The notes: generated by a model from the sequence alone, not told the origin. A DNA stretch of 64,000 bases from Terriglobia bacterium (GCA_963799715.1 CAWCYS010000003.1:12789-76788); one strand, 5' to 3'. Counted from the first letter of the stretch, positions 24,932 to 35,106 are shown. Translations and numbers: made by a program.

Positions 24932-25044
24932 TCGGTTTCGCCGGAAGTGGTTTGGCCGCGCCCAGGCGATGCGCTCCTACAGGCGCGTTCATCTCCCACG
25001 GCCTAAACCTCGAATTAAACGTCGCGGCGCCGCCCGCGACAAAC
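24932..25044. repeat. ~114-bp direct repeat, copy 2 (downstream of the ABC-2 operon)
   Basis: It has the same orientation as 22462..22575 and about 85 percent identity by hand alignment. It contains an extra perfect 7-bp hairpin, gtcgcgg-cgccgc-ccgcgac (25021-25040). Confidence 0.85.
25014..25042 (-). promoter_or_regulatory. orphan promoter-like motif in repeat copy 2 (TTGTCG-N17-TTTAAT, minus strand)
   Basis: The geometry matches the uvrA promoter. The reverse complement of 25037-25042 is TTGTCG, the spacer is 17 nt, and the reverse complement of 25014-25019 is TTTAAT. It would fire leftward, antisense to the 3' end of the permease gene. Confidence 0.35.
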
Positions 25045-25143
25045 TGCTTCCACCCGCCGGGAGTGGGACAGGTCTCGTGAATGAAATTTCGCAGCCAAGT
25101 GGATCACTTCCGAGCCCGCCGCAATCAGGGGCAGTCGAAACCC

Positions 25144-25172
25144 TTGCATGTTTAATTAAATGTATGTATTTA
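25144..25172 (+). promoter_or_regulatory. possible promoter of the VWA gene (TTGCAT-N17-TATTTA) in an AT-rich patch
   Basis: TTGCAT at 25144-25149, a 17-nt AT-rich spacer, and TATTTA at 25167-25172. It lies about 50 nt upstream of ATG 25220, which is preceded by AGGAG. The -10 match is weak. Confidence 0.3.
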
Positions 25173-25219
25173 ACACTCCGGTGAAGCCTCGCAGGGCCTT
25201 GGGGGGAGAATTAGGAGCC

Positions 25220-26281
25220 ATGTTCTCCAACGTGCGATTCGGCTGTTTGCTCCTCGTGTGTCTTTCTTGCTCCGCTGTCGTTTCGGCCCAACACGCCACT
25301 CCGCGAACCCAAGCTGGCACCGGTAGGATTTACCTTAACGTCGTCGTCACCTCCAAGACTGAGTCGCATGTCGCCGGTCTTCAGCGGCAAGACTTCACTC
25401 TCCTGGATAACAAGACCCCGCAGACCATCACTTCGTTTGAGGCCGTCAGCGCTCGCGACGCTCCCATTGAGGTCGTCCTGGTGGTAGATGCGGTCAACAT
25501 CACCGCGCAAGTCTTGGACTACGAGCGCTTGCAGCTCGGCAAATTCCTTCGCGCCGATAGAGGGAACCTCGCGTATCCCGTTGCCCTGGAGATCCTGACG
25601 GATGATGGCTTCCAGCTCGTGGCGGATTTCTCCAGTGATGGCAATGCGCTCAGTGCTTCACTGGAGAAGAAGAACGTCGGTCGCCGGGATATCGGCCCCG
25701 CCGGCCATTTCTGGGGTGCGACCGACCGCTTGCGGATTTCCCTCGACGCCCTGAGTCAGCTCGTAACGAGCCTATATTCGCGCCCGGGGCGCAAATTGAT
25801 CCTGTGGGTCTCTCCCGGTTGGCCTCTCCTAAGCGGCCCGGAAGTTACGATGGATTTGCGGCTGGAACAACAGGTCTTTGGGAATATTGTGGGCCTCTCG
25901 ACGAATCTTCTGTGGGGCCGCATCACGCTCTACAGCATCGATCCCCTAGGAACTAGCGAGTACGCGATGCATGCTTCGGACTATGAACGGTTCCTCAAAG
26001 GTATCAGCAAACCGAGCCAGGCGCAGTTGGGAAATGTGGCCCTTCAGGTGACCGCAATTCAAAGCGGGGGTCTCGCTCTCATCGCCGGCAACGATATCGC
26101 GAAATCTCTCCAAGAGTGCGTGAACGATTCGGCGCCCTACTACGAGATTTCCTTCGATCCCCCTCCGCCGGCCGGGCCAAACGATTACCATCACTTGGAA
26201 ATCCATCTCGCAAAACCGGGTCTGACCGCGCGCACTCGCCAGCTCTACTACGCGCAACCTGCAGCGCCAACGCACAACTGA
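25220..26281 (+). CDS. VWA domain protein, VWFA-related acidobacterial type (TIGR03436-like)
   Basis: Intact ORF. ATG 25220 gives MFSNVRFGCLLLVCLSCSAVVSAQ (a signal peptide). Then IYLNVVVTSKTESHVAGLQRQDFTLLDNKTPQTITSFEAV..IEVVLVVDAVN matches the characteristic N-terminal beta-sandwich plus VWA layout. Its GC content looks lower than its neighbours. Confidence 0.75.
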   Translation: MFSNVRFGCLLLVCLSCSAVVSAQHATPRTQAGTGRIYLNVVVTSKTESHVAGLQRQDFTLLDNKTPQTITSFEAVSARDAPIEVVLVVDAVNITAQVLDYERLQLGKFLRADRGNLAYPVALEILTDDGFQLVADFSSDGNALSASLEKKNVGRRDIGPAGHFWGATDRLRISLDALSQLVTSLYSRPGRKLILWVSPGWPLLSGPEVTMDLRLEQQVFGNIVGLSTNLLWGRITLYSIDPLGTSEYAMHASDYERFLKGISKPSQAQLGNVALQVTAIQSGGLALIAGNDIAKSLQECVNDSAPYYEISFDPPPPAGPNDYHHLEIHLAKPGLTARTRQLYYAQPAAPTHN

Positions 26282-26464
26282 CGCCACAGCGGTCAGCGCT
26301 GGTCCAATTGGAAAGGCGTGCTCGGTCCAAAACCCCGGACACCGGAAACTTGCCTAGCCCACTGGCTTTCCCGACTAGACTTTCTCTCGATTTTTCGATG
26401 TAATGTTTTGTATCCCTAGAGCGTAGAACGAGTAGCGCCCTCACTTCAGGGGTCAAATTCAGAG

Positions 26465-27697
26465 ATGGCGTCTCCAACCAATCCGCCGAAGCCAGACTTG
26501 TCTTCGCTGCGCATCAGCGATGAGCGCCGCAAAGGCGGCAAGAGCAGCAAGCGATTCGCAATCGCCGCGCTTGCCGTGCTGATTCTGGTGGGCGTGGCAG
26601 GGGCCATTTGGGCCTTCCGCACGCAGGCGCCGGTGGTCGAGGTCGTCGTCGCGCAGAAGCCGGATTCCTCGCGCCCCGCACTCTTGGATGCCAGCGGTTA
26701 CATCACGCCACGCCGCGAAGCGACGGTCGCGGCCAAGATCACCGGGCGCGTCACGGGCATCTTTTTCGATGAGGGCGTGCACGTGAAAAAAGATCAGATC
26801 CTGGCCACCTTGGACGATTCCGATGTCCAGCGCGCGCTGGAGTCCGCGAAGGCCGACCGCGACTCCACGCAAGCCAGCATCGAGGATTTGCAAGTGCAGC
26901 TCAAGTACGCGGACATCGAGTTGCGACGCGCGGAGCAACTCGAATCGCAAGGTGTAGAAAGCAAGGAATTCCTCGATACCGCCCGCACGAATGACGACAG
27001 CCTGCGCGCGAAGATCAACCTGGCGAAGGCGCAAGTCCTCGCCGCCGAATCCCGGATTCGCGAGGCGCAGCAGGCCGTGGACAATTGCACGATTCACGCG
27101 CCGTACGACGGAATCATGGTCACGAAAGACGCGCAGGTTGGGGAGATGGTTTCGCCGATTTCCGCGGGAGGCGGCTTCACCCGCACCGGAATCGGGACCA
27201 TCGTGGACATGAATTCGCTCGAGATCGAAGTGGACGTCAACGAGAACTACATCGCGCGCGTTCTGCCGGGCCAACCGGTGACGGCAACCCTCGACGCTTA
27301 TCCCGATTGGCAGATTCCTTCGCGCGTGCGCATCGTCATTCCCACGGCCGATCGCGAAAAGGCCACCGTAAAGGTGCGCATCTCGTTTCTGAAGCTCGAT
27401 CCGCGCATGCTGCCGGACATGGGCGTCAAGGTTCACTTTCTCGGCGACGCCCCGGCCGCGCAGAAGGGACCCGTCCGCCGCGGTCGTGATTCCGGCCGAT
27501 GCCGTGCAGGACGACAACGGCCAGAAAATTGTTTTCCTCTTCAAGGGCGATCACGTCGAGCGGCAGGCGGTTACGCTCGGCCAAGCCGCGCGGGACCGAC
27601 GTCGAAGTCGTAGCCGGAGTCTCCGTCGGTGACAAGCGTCGTAGTAAAATCGCCTGCCGCCTTGCACGATGGCGAAGCAGTTGCCATTCAAAAATAG
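26465..27697 (+). CDS. efflux transporter periplasmic adaptor (HlyD / MacA family), frame-interrupted at the 3' end
   Basis: ORF 26465..27613 has a TM anchor, then lipoyl, hairpin and barrel motifs: LLDASGYITPRREATVAAKITGRVTGIFFDEGVHVKKDQILATLD, a long coiled coil, IHAPYDGIMVTKDAQVGEMV, and TATLDAYPDWQIPSRVRIVIPTADREKATVKV. Frame changes from about 27470 lead to the end ..VVVKSPAALHDGEAVAIQK* at TAG 27695-27697. Confidence 0.85.
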
Positions 27698-27708
27698 GAG
27701 CATCCGAG

Positions 27709-28436
27709 ATGGTTCGAGTGGACGGAACGGCCGGTGAAGAAAGCCTGATTCGCATCCGCGGCCTGGAGAAGGACTATCGCCGCGGCGGGGAAGAGATTCG
27801 CGTCCTGCAAGGGCTTGAACCTCGACGTCGGCAAGGGCGAATTCGTCGCGTTCATGGGCCCCAGCGGCTCCGGCAAGACGACGCTGCTCAATCTTCTCGG
27901 CGGCCTCGACACGCCTTCGCACGGCACGATTTCCGTTGCCGGCGACGAGATCACCCACATGTCCGCGGGCAAGCTCACGCAGTGGCGCGCGCGCCACGTC
28001 GGCTTCATCTTTCAGATGTACAACCTGCTGCCCGTGCTCACGGCGTTTCAAAATGTCGAGCTGCCCCTGCTGCTCACCAAACTCTCGAAGGCCGAACGAA
28101 AGCAGCATGTGGACGCGGCCCTGCGAAATTGTCGGCCTGGCCGATCGCAGCGATCACTATCCGCGCCAGCTCTCCGGCGGACAGGAACAGCGCGTCGCCA
28201 TCGCCCGCGCCATCGTCGCCGACCCGACCTTTCTCCTCTGCGACGAGCCCACCGGCGACCTCGATCGCAAAAGCGCCGACGAAATTCTCGAATTCCTCAC
28301 GCGTCTCTGCAAGGAACACGCCAAGACGATTCTCATGGTGACGCACGACCAACTGGCCGCAGACCGCGCCGGCGCGATTCTCCACTTGAATAAGGGCGTG
28401 CTGGTCGAGGCGCAAGCCGCGGGAGGGCCGGCGTGA
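27709..28436 (+). CDS. ABC transporter ATP-binding protein (MacB/LolD-type), frame-interrupted
   Basis: AGGAG lies 8 nt before ATG 27709. Fragments are 27815..28393 ([61 protein letters not shown]) and 27936..28436 ([39 protein letters not shown]). Frame changes are near 27830 and 28120. Confidence 0.88.
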
Positions 28437-29601
28437 AATATTTTCGCCTGCTTCTTGTCAATCTTTTCCGGAAAAAAATTCGCACGGGACTCACGATTGG
28501 CTCGTTCGCCATCGCCATGCTCCTGTTCGGGCTGCTGGTGATCGTCCGCTTCGCGTTCAATCAAGGCGTGGAGGTCGCCGGCGCGGATCGCCTCATCGTC
28601 ATGAATCGCGTCACTTTTATCGAGCCGCTGCCCATCTCGTACATGGATCGCATCGCTGCCATCCCCGGCGTCAAGGCCGTCTCTCACGCCACCTGGTTTG
28701 GCGGCACTTACCAGGATCCCAAGAATTTCTTCCCGCAGTTCGCGGTGGATCCTGAAACTTGGCACGCGATGTATCCCGAGTACCTTGTCCCGGACGACGA
28801 ATTGAAGGCCTTTGTGGCCGACCGGCAGGCCGCCATCGCCGGGAGTGGAGACCGCCAAGCGATTCGGCTGGAAAATTGGCGACCGCATCCCGATCGAGGG
28901 CACGATCTATTCCGGCCATTGGCAATTCAATCTAGTGGGCATTTACACCGGCGCGCGCCCCAAGGACGATACGACTCAATTCTGGTTTCAGTACGACTAC
29001 CTCAACGAGACCATGAAACAAAGCGGAATCGCTACGGGGTAGATCACCCGGGCTGGTACGTCGTGAAACTTGACGAACCCGGATGACGCAGTCACGGTCG
29101 TGAAGAGAATTGACCAGACGTTCGCGAACTCCGACGCGGAAACCAAGACCGACACCGAGCAGGCGTTTGCCCAGTCGTTCGTGAAGCAGACCGGCAACAT
29201 CGAGTTCATCATCCTGGTCATCGGCGCCATCGTTTTCTTCACGCTGCTTTTGGTCACTGGAAACACCATGGCGATTGCCGTGCGCGAGCGGACGGCCGAA
29301 CTCGCCATATTTAAGGCGCTTGGATTCTCCGACCGGTTCCTGTTGTTCTTCGTGCTCGCGGAGTCCGTTCTCATTTCACTGATCGGAGGAACGCTCGGCA
29401 TCGGCATCGCCGTTACGCTCGCCAAACTTGCGATGGCTTACGGCAATCCACTGGCCTCGGTGCTTCCATTGCTCTATTTTCCCCCGGACCAGGTGTTCGT
29501 CGGTATCGCGGCAGCGATTGCGGTGGGCGCGGTGGCCGGGCTTGTTGCCGGCGCTTTCGGCGAGCCAGCTGAAAGTCGTGGATGCGCTTCGCAGAATTTG
29601 A
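28433..29601 (+). CDS. ABC transporter permease, FtsX/MacB-like (first of two), frame-interrupted
   Basis: Fragments are 28433..29086 ([35 protein letters not shown].. plus a periplasmic domain), 28812..29042, and 29070..29792 (..[48 protein letters not shown]..). The end ..[10 protein letters not shown] is at TGA 29599-29601. There are at least four frame changes. Confidence 0.8.
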
Positions 29602-29604
29602 CGG

Positions 29605-29676
29605 GTGCGGGCTCCACTTGGAGCCCGCCAGAGCAAGTGCGGGCTCCACTTGGAGCCCGCCAAGAAAGGTGTGCGG
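29605..29676. repeat. tandem 32-bp repeat (2 full copies plus a partial one), each copy a GC-rich hairpin
   Basis: gtgcgggctccacttggagcccgcca occurs at 29605-29630 and again at 29637-29662, with a partial gtgtgcgg at 29669-29676. Each copy folds as gcgggctcca/tggagcccgc (10 bp, 2-nt centre). It lies between the two FtsX permease genes. Confidence 0.9.
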
Positions 29677-29692
29677 AACAAGGAGACCGGGT

Positions 29693-30876
29693 TTGGCGAT
29701 CCCCATCATTTACAATTTGCGAAGTGTCAGGGCGCGGTGGACCTCGTCCGTCGTCGCGGTCCTGGGCATTGCGGGAACGGTCGGCGTGCTGATCGCCATG
29801 CTGTCCATGGCGGAAGGATTTCATGCACACGCTGGTGGCGTCCGGTTCGCCGTCCAACGCGCTGATCATGCGCGCGGGCTCGAACACGGAAATGGTCGGC
29901 GCCGTCCTGCTCGATCAAGTGCAGATCATCGAAAGCGCCCCGGGCATCATGCGTGGCGCCGGACGGTCCGCTTGTCAGCCCGGAGGTTGTCGTCATCGCG
30001 CCCCTGCCGCTCAAAGACACCGGCACGGACGCGAATGCGCAAGTACGGGGAGTTTCGAGCAAGGCGCTCGAAGTGCGGCCCAGCATCCACATCATCGAGG
30101 GCAGGAACTTCACGCCCGGCCTCGACGAACTCATCGTCGGCAAAAACGCGGTGAAATCCTATGCCGGGTTGGATCTCGGAAATACCGTGCATATTTCTGG
30201 CGTCAACTGGAAAGTCGTCGGCATTTTCGACGCGGGAGGAAGCGCGTTCGATTCCGAGATCTGGTGCGACGCCACGCTGCTCGACCAGGCATACAATCGT
30301 CCGCCCAGCGCGTTCCAGTCCGTCACGGTGCATCTGCCTTCTCCGGACGCCTTTCAGAAATTCAAGGATGCGTTGACATCGGACCCGAGGCTTACGGTTT
30401 CCGTCGATCGCGAGCTCGATTACTATGCGAAGCAGTCCGAAGGGCTGGCGGATTTCATCAGGGTGATGGGGTCGTTGGTCGCAATCGTGATGGGAATCGG
30501 CGCCGTGTTCGGCGCGCTCAATACGATGTACTCCGCGGTCTCGGAACGCTCGCGCGAAGTCGCCACGTTGCGCGCGCTCGGATTCAGCGGAATCAGCGTC
30601 GTGCTGTCCTTTGTTTTTGAAGCGCTGTTCATTGCATTCATCGGCGGGCTGGTCGGCTGCATTCCCGTAGGTTGCTTCCGTTCCTGCAGCTCCTGGATCA
30701 CGGTCGGCACGTTGAATTTTCAAACGTTTTCCCACGTATCCTTTTCGTTTCGCATCACCCCGCTTCTCTTTGCCATCGGAATTGCCTTTGCGCTTTTCAT
30801 GGGATTCATCGGCGGCGTTCCGCCCGCGATTCGCGCCGCGCGTCGTCCCATCGCGGTCGCGTTGCGCGAGTTGTGA
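29693..30876 (+). CDS. ABC transporter permease, FtsX/MacB-like (second of two), frame-interrupted near the 5' end
   Basis: AAGGAG at 29681-29686 lies 6 nt before TTG 29693 (..AIPIIYNLRSVRARWTSSVVAVLGIAGTVGVLIAMLSMAEGF). It continues in ORFs 29823..30620 and 29953..30876 (..VSERSREVATLRALGFSGISVVLSFVFEALFIAFIGGLVG..GGVPPAIRAARRPIAVALREL*). Frame changes are near 29830 and 29950. Confidence 0.8.
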
Positions 30877-30949
30877 GCGGTTCCGCCCGCCCGGCTCCCG
30901 AACTCCGCCGACTGTGCTAGATTCGCCTGCGAAGACCTGAGGTGTTGCC

Positions 30950-32197
30950 GTGCCCGCATTCGATCGCGTGATCTGGATCGTTCTCGATAGCGTCGGCATC
31001 GGCGAATTGCCGGACGCCGCCGAGTACGGCGACGTCGGCCGCAACACGCTCGGCCACATCGCCCGCTCGCGCCCGTTGCGCCTGCCCAATCTCGTGCGCC
31101 TCGGCCTCGCGAATATCGCGCCGCTCGATCATCTCGTTCCGCCCGCCGCGCCCGAGGGCTGCTTCGGCAAAGGCGCCACGCATTCTCCCGGCAAGGACAC
31201 CACGACGGGCCACTGGGAAATGGCCGGCATCTGGCTGCCGCAGGCGTTCCCCGTTTACAAGCACGGCTTTCCGCGCGAATTGATCGAGCAGTTCGAGCGC
31301 GCCATCGGCCGCAAGACGCTCGGCAATAAGCCCGCCTCCGGCACCGAAATCATCAAGGAACTGGGCGAGGAGCACGTGCGCACGGGCTTTCCGATCGTGT
31401 ACACGTCCGGCGACAGCGTCTTCCAGATCGCCGCGCACGAAGACGTGATCCCCATCGCCGAGCTGTATCGCATGTGCGAGATCGCGCGCAAATTGCTGGA
31501 TGGCCCGAATCGCGTCGGCCGCGTCATCGCGCGGCCTTTCACCGGCACGCCCGGAAATTTCCGGCGCACCGAGCGCCGCCACGATTACGCCGTCGAGCCG
31601 CCGCGCCCGATGCTGCTCGACGTGCTTGCCGAGCGCGGCGTGCCGGTTTTCGGCGTCGGCAAAATTCACGACATTTACAACGGCCGCGGGGTGGGGAATT
31701 ACGTCACCACGAAAAACAACGCCGACGGCATGCTGAAGCTGCACGCCGAGATGGCGCGCCAGAATCGCGGCCTGATCTTCTGCAATCTGGTGGATTTCGA
31801 CATGCTCTACGGCCATCGCAAAGATGTGGAAGGTTTTGCCCGCTCGCTGGAGGAGTTCGACGCGCTGCTCGCCGCGCTTCTCGCTGCGATGCAAGCGCGC
31901 GACCTGCTGCTCATCACCGCCGACCACGGCTGCGATCCCGATCCCGCCTGGCCCACGACGGATCATTCCCGCGAATACGTTCCGATTCTCACGTTCAGCC
32001 CCGGCGGCCGTCACGGCGTCGCGCTCGGCACGCGAGACACCCTCGCCGACATGGGCCAGACCGTCGCCGAAAATTTCGGCGGAGTGATTCCACACGGAAG
32101 CAGTTTTCTGACGTTGATCGCCCCGAGATTGAAACCGAGGCGGAACCAGGCGGCGCCGCCGGCTCAATCGCCGGTACTGGGCGCGCGGCGCGCGTAG
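30950..32197 (+). CDS. deoB: phosphopentomutase
   Basis: Intact 415-aa ORF from GTG 30950: [102 protein letters not shown]. The last ~25 aa look like read-through and overlap the convergent gene. Confidence 0.92.
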   Translation: MPAFDRVIWIVLDSVGIGELPDAAEYGDVGRNTLGHIARSRPLRLPNLVRLGLANIAPLDHLVPPAAPEGCFGKGATHSPGKDTTTGHWEMAGIWLPQAFPVYKHGFPRELIEQFERAIGRKTLGNKPASGTEIIKELGEEHVRTGFPIVYTSGDSVFQIAAHEDVIPIAELYRMCEIARKLLDGPNRVGRVIARPFTGTPGNFRRTERRHDYAVEPPRPMLLDVLAERGVPVFGVGKIHDIYNGRGVGNYVTTKNNADGMLKLHAEMARQNRGLIFCNLVDFDMLYGHRKDVEGFARSLEEFDALLAALLAAMQARDLLLITADHGCDPDPAWPTTDHSREYVPILTFSPGGRHGVALGTRDTLADMGQTVAENFGGVIPHGSSFLTLIAPRLKPRRNQAAPPAQSPVLGARRA

Positions 32198-33172
32198 TAG
32201 CCGGTGCGCGTGCGCACGGTCAGCTTGCCCGCGCCCCTGGGCGGAACGACGTCCACCTGGACGCTGCGGTACGTGCCGTCCTGCGCGGTGTTGGTGGGGT
32301 AGTACGCCAGGTGTACTGGTTGCGGATGTCGTGCGCGATTTGCGTGCAGATGGCTTCGGTGTCGTCCACTTCTTCGGGGAAGAAGGCGAGCCCGCCGGTG
32401 GCCTGCGCCAGTTGTTGCAGCCCGCGCTTGGCTTTGTTCATCGCGCTGCGATCCTCGTGATAGTCCTCTTTGCTGTAGAGGCCGATCGCGTAGATCAGCG
32501 CGTCCGATCTTCTGCGCTTCCTCGATGACGTCTTCCAGGTGATGCCGGCTGGCGTTGTCTTCGCCGTCGGTCACCACCAGCAGAACTTTCTTGTCCTTGT
32601 GGCCCTTCTTCAGATGATCGAGCGAGCCGATGATCGCGTCGTAGAGCGCCGTGCTGCCGCGCGCGTCAATCCGCTCGAGGGCGGCCTTCATCTCGTTGAT
32701 GTCGCTGGTGAAATCGTGTTCGGTATCGAGGTAGTAGTCGTCGTTGAAATTGACGACGAACGCCTCGTCCTGCGGATTCGAGGTCTTCACGAACGTAAGC
32801 GCCGCCGTATTCACCTCCGGCCGCTTATCCCGCATGCTGCCGCTGTTGTCGATCACCAGCCCCACGCTCACCGGCACGTCCTCTTGCTTGAACACGGCGA
32901 GCTTCTGCTCGACCTTGTCCTCGAAGACTTTGAAGCTATCCTGCGTCAGCCCCGGCACAAATACGCCGCGCTCGTTCAGCACGGAAACGTGCAGCAGCAC
33001 GAGGTTCACGTTGCTGTGAATCGTGTACGGCCCTGGACGCTGTGGCAGGGGATTGCGATCGCGCCCGGAGGCGGTGGCGGCTGCTGGACGGAGACTTGCG
33101 CGAACGCGAGGCTCGACGCGACCAGCAGAATCAATGCGCAGGAGAGCAGGCCGAAAACGCGGAGCGTCCCGA
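32164..33172 (-). CDS. VWA domain protein, VWFA-related acidobacterial type; frame-interrupted
   Basis: ORF 32164..33309 gives [80 protein letters not shown]... ORF 32220..32441 gives [35 protein letters not shown]. The signal peptide ..[23 protein letters not shown] lies in another frame (the tail of ORF 33006..33998). No canonical start codon is visible. Confidence 0.75.
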
Positions 33173-34164
33173 TTAGGGCGCGGGCGCGAAGTATCCGGTC
33201 TTGGCGTAGACGTTGAGAGGAGGCAGACCCCGGGGTGGACGGAGCTTGACTTTGATTTTTCGCCACGTTCCGTCGTGTCGGTTGTTGCTCGGCTTGTATC
33301 CCAGGACATATTGGTTGCGCAGCTCCATCCCGATTTTTGCAGCGATGTCGGGCAGATCGTTCAGGTTTTCCACCGGGAAAACCCGCCCGCCCGTCATGTC
33401 CGTCAATTCCTCCAGCAGCGAAGGTCCTTCCATCTCTTCCGATGTGCGCGACCGGATGCTCGAGCGGATCGAATACGCCGACTGCGTAGAGCTGGCAATC
33501 GGCTTCCTTCAGAAAGTTCTTGATGTCGTTCTCGTTGTACCGGCTATGATTATCTCCCCCATCCGATATGATGAGCAAGGCGCGTTTGGCGTTGCGTGCA
33601 CCCCTCATCTCGGAGAGGCCCAGGTAGATCGCATCCAGCAGCGCCGTGCGTCCGTGCGCTTCCGTGAACATCATCCGGTTTTCCAGTTCTTCCACGCTGG
33701 ACGTGAAGCGGCTCGTCAATTCCGCGCGGTCGTTGAAGCTCACCATGAAAAATTCGTCCAGCGGATTCGCCGTCTTGAAAAACTGCACCGCGGCCTGCCG
33801 CGCCTTGTCCACTTTGTCGGACATGCTGCCGCTCATGTCGAACACCACGCCGATCGAGATCGGCACGTCCTCGCTCGAGAACGATACGACTTCCTGCTCG
33901 ACGCCGTCCTCGAACACGCGGAAGTTTTCTTTCTCGAGGCCGGTGACCAGACGATCGTACGGATCGGTGACCGTGACGTTCACCAGCGCCATGTTCACTT
34001 CGACTTGAATTGGTTTCTTGTCGGGAATCGCTGCGCGGTGCGGGCGCAGGAGGCGGTGCGGGCGCTTCGGGTCCCGTCACTTGGGCGCTAACTGTGGTCG
34101 CGGCGAGGGCGCAAACAATCAAAGTTAGAAAACGCCAGCCCGCGTAACGCTCTCTTGCCTTCAC
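33173..34164 (-). CDS. VWA domain protein, VWFA-related acidobacterial type; frame-interrupted
   Basis: The N-terminus lies in ORF 33550..34215, from GTG 34164 (VKARERYAGWRFLTLIVCALAATTVSAQ). The core is in ORF 33006..33998 (VNMALVNVTVTDPYDRLVTGLEKENFRVFEDGVEQEVVSFSSEDVPISIGVVFDMSGSM..ALLIISDGGDNHSRY). The C-terminus is in ORF 33173..33433 (..LRNQYVLGYKPSN..VYAKTGYFAPAP*). Confidence 0.75.
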
Positions 34165-34358
34165 CGTCCCCCCAATTCGGTCTGTCGCCGTTGGGCGGTT
34201 GAGAGGCTGCACCAAACGTGCTGCTTGATTTGCATTCTACCACCACTCTGGCCGCAGCGCAACCGTTTCTATTCGCCGCGTCGTTGGAGACCCTGTGGTA
34301 GCATCGAGTCGCGTTCAGCGCTGTCTCATTCTGCACTACGGAGGTTTCGTCGATCCCG

Positions 34359-35106
34359 ATGATTTGTCTGGCGGTAATTCCGGCGCGTTACGCTTCCACG
34401 CGGCTTCCAGGAAAGCCGCTCGTGCCCCTCGGCCGGCAAACCGATGATTCAGCACGTCTGGGAGCGCGTTCGGCTTGCCAAGAGCGTTTCCAGCGTGGTG
34501 GTCGCCACGGACGACGAACGCGTCCTCCGCGCCGTCGAGGCCTTCGGCGGCCGCTGCGTGATGACGCGCGCCGCACACCGTTCCGGCACTGAACGCTGCG
34601 CCGAAGTTGCGGCGAGGCGCCCTCGGCAAGGACGCCGACGTTCTGGTCAACGTTCAGGGAGACGAGCCGCTCATCGAGCCTTCCGTGATTGACGCCGCCG
34701 TCGAGAGCGCTTAACGGAAGATCCCCAGGCCCCTGTCGCAACGCTCGCCGTGCCGATTTCCGTTCCCGACGAAATCATGGATCCCAACGTCGTCAAGGCT
34801 GTTCTGGATTTCGAGGGCAGGGCGCTCTATTTTTCACGCGCGCCGATTCCGTGGGTTCGCGATCGCGACGGTCTCGCTCGCGCCCGCCACTGGAAGCATC
34901 TGGGCACTTTACGTTTATCGCCGCGAAGCGTTGCTGGAATTCCCCACGCTCCCGCTGGGGGATCTCGAACGCGTCGAGCAGCTCGAGCAGTTGCGCTGGC
35001 TCGAAAATGGTTATACGATTCGCGTAGCGGAAACGTCTCACGATTCCGTGAGCGTGGATGTGCCTGCGGACGTGGAGCGCGTCGAGCGCCTCATGCGGAG
35101 CAAGTG
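34359..35106 (+). CDS. kdsB: 3-deoxy-manno-octulosonate cytidylyltransferase, frame broken at least five times
   Basis: Fragments are 34359..34592 ([24 protein letters not shown]), 34444..34692 ([51 protein letters not shown]) and 34750..35115 (..[27 protein letters not shown]). Own translation adds ..[21 protein letters not shown].. and ..[65 protein letters not shown]. Confidence 0.88.

Noticed and set aside
25021-25040. Perfect 7-bp hairpin gtcgcgg-cgccgc-ccgcgac downstream of the ABC-2 permease, as a possible rho-independent terminator.
   Set aside because: No T-run follows on the plus strand. The stem is degenerate in repeat copy 1, and it coincides with the -35/-10 spacer of the minus-strand promoter motif.
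29605-29676. Possible miniature CRISPR array (a repeated 26-mer with regular spacing).
   Set aside because: There are only two full copies. The 'spacers' are 6 nt long. The repeats are near-perfect hairpins inside an operon spacer, and no cas genes are present. REP-like tandem hairpins explain it better.
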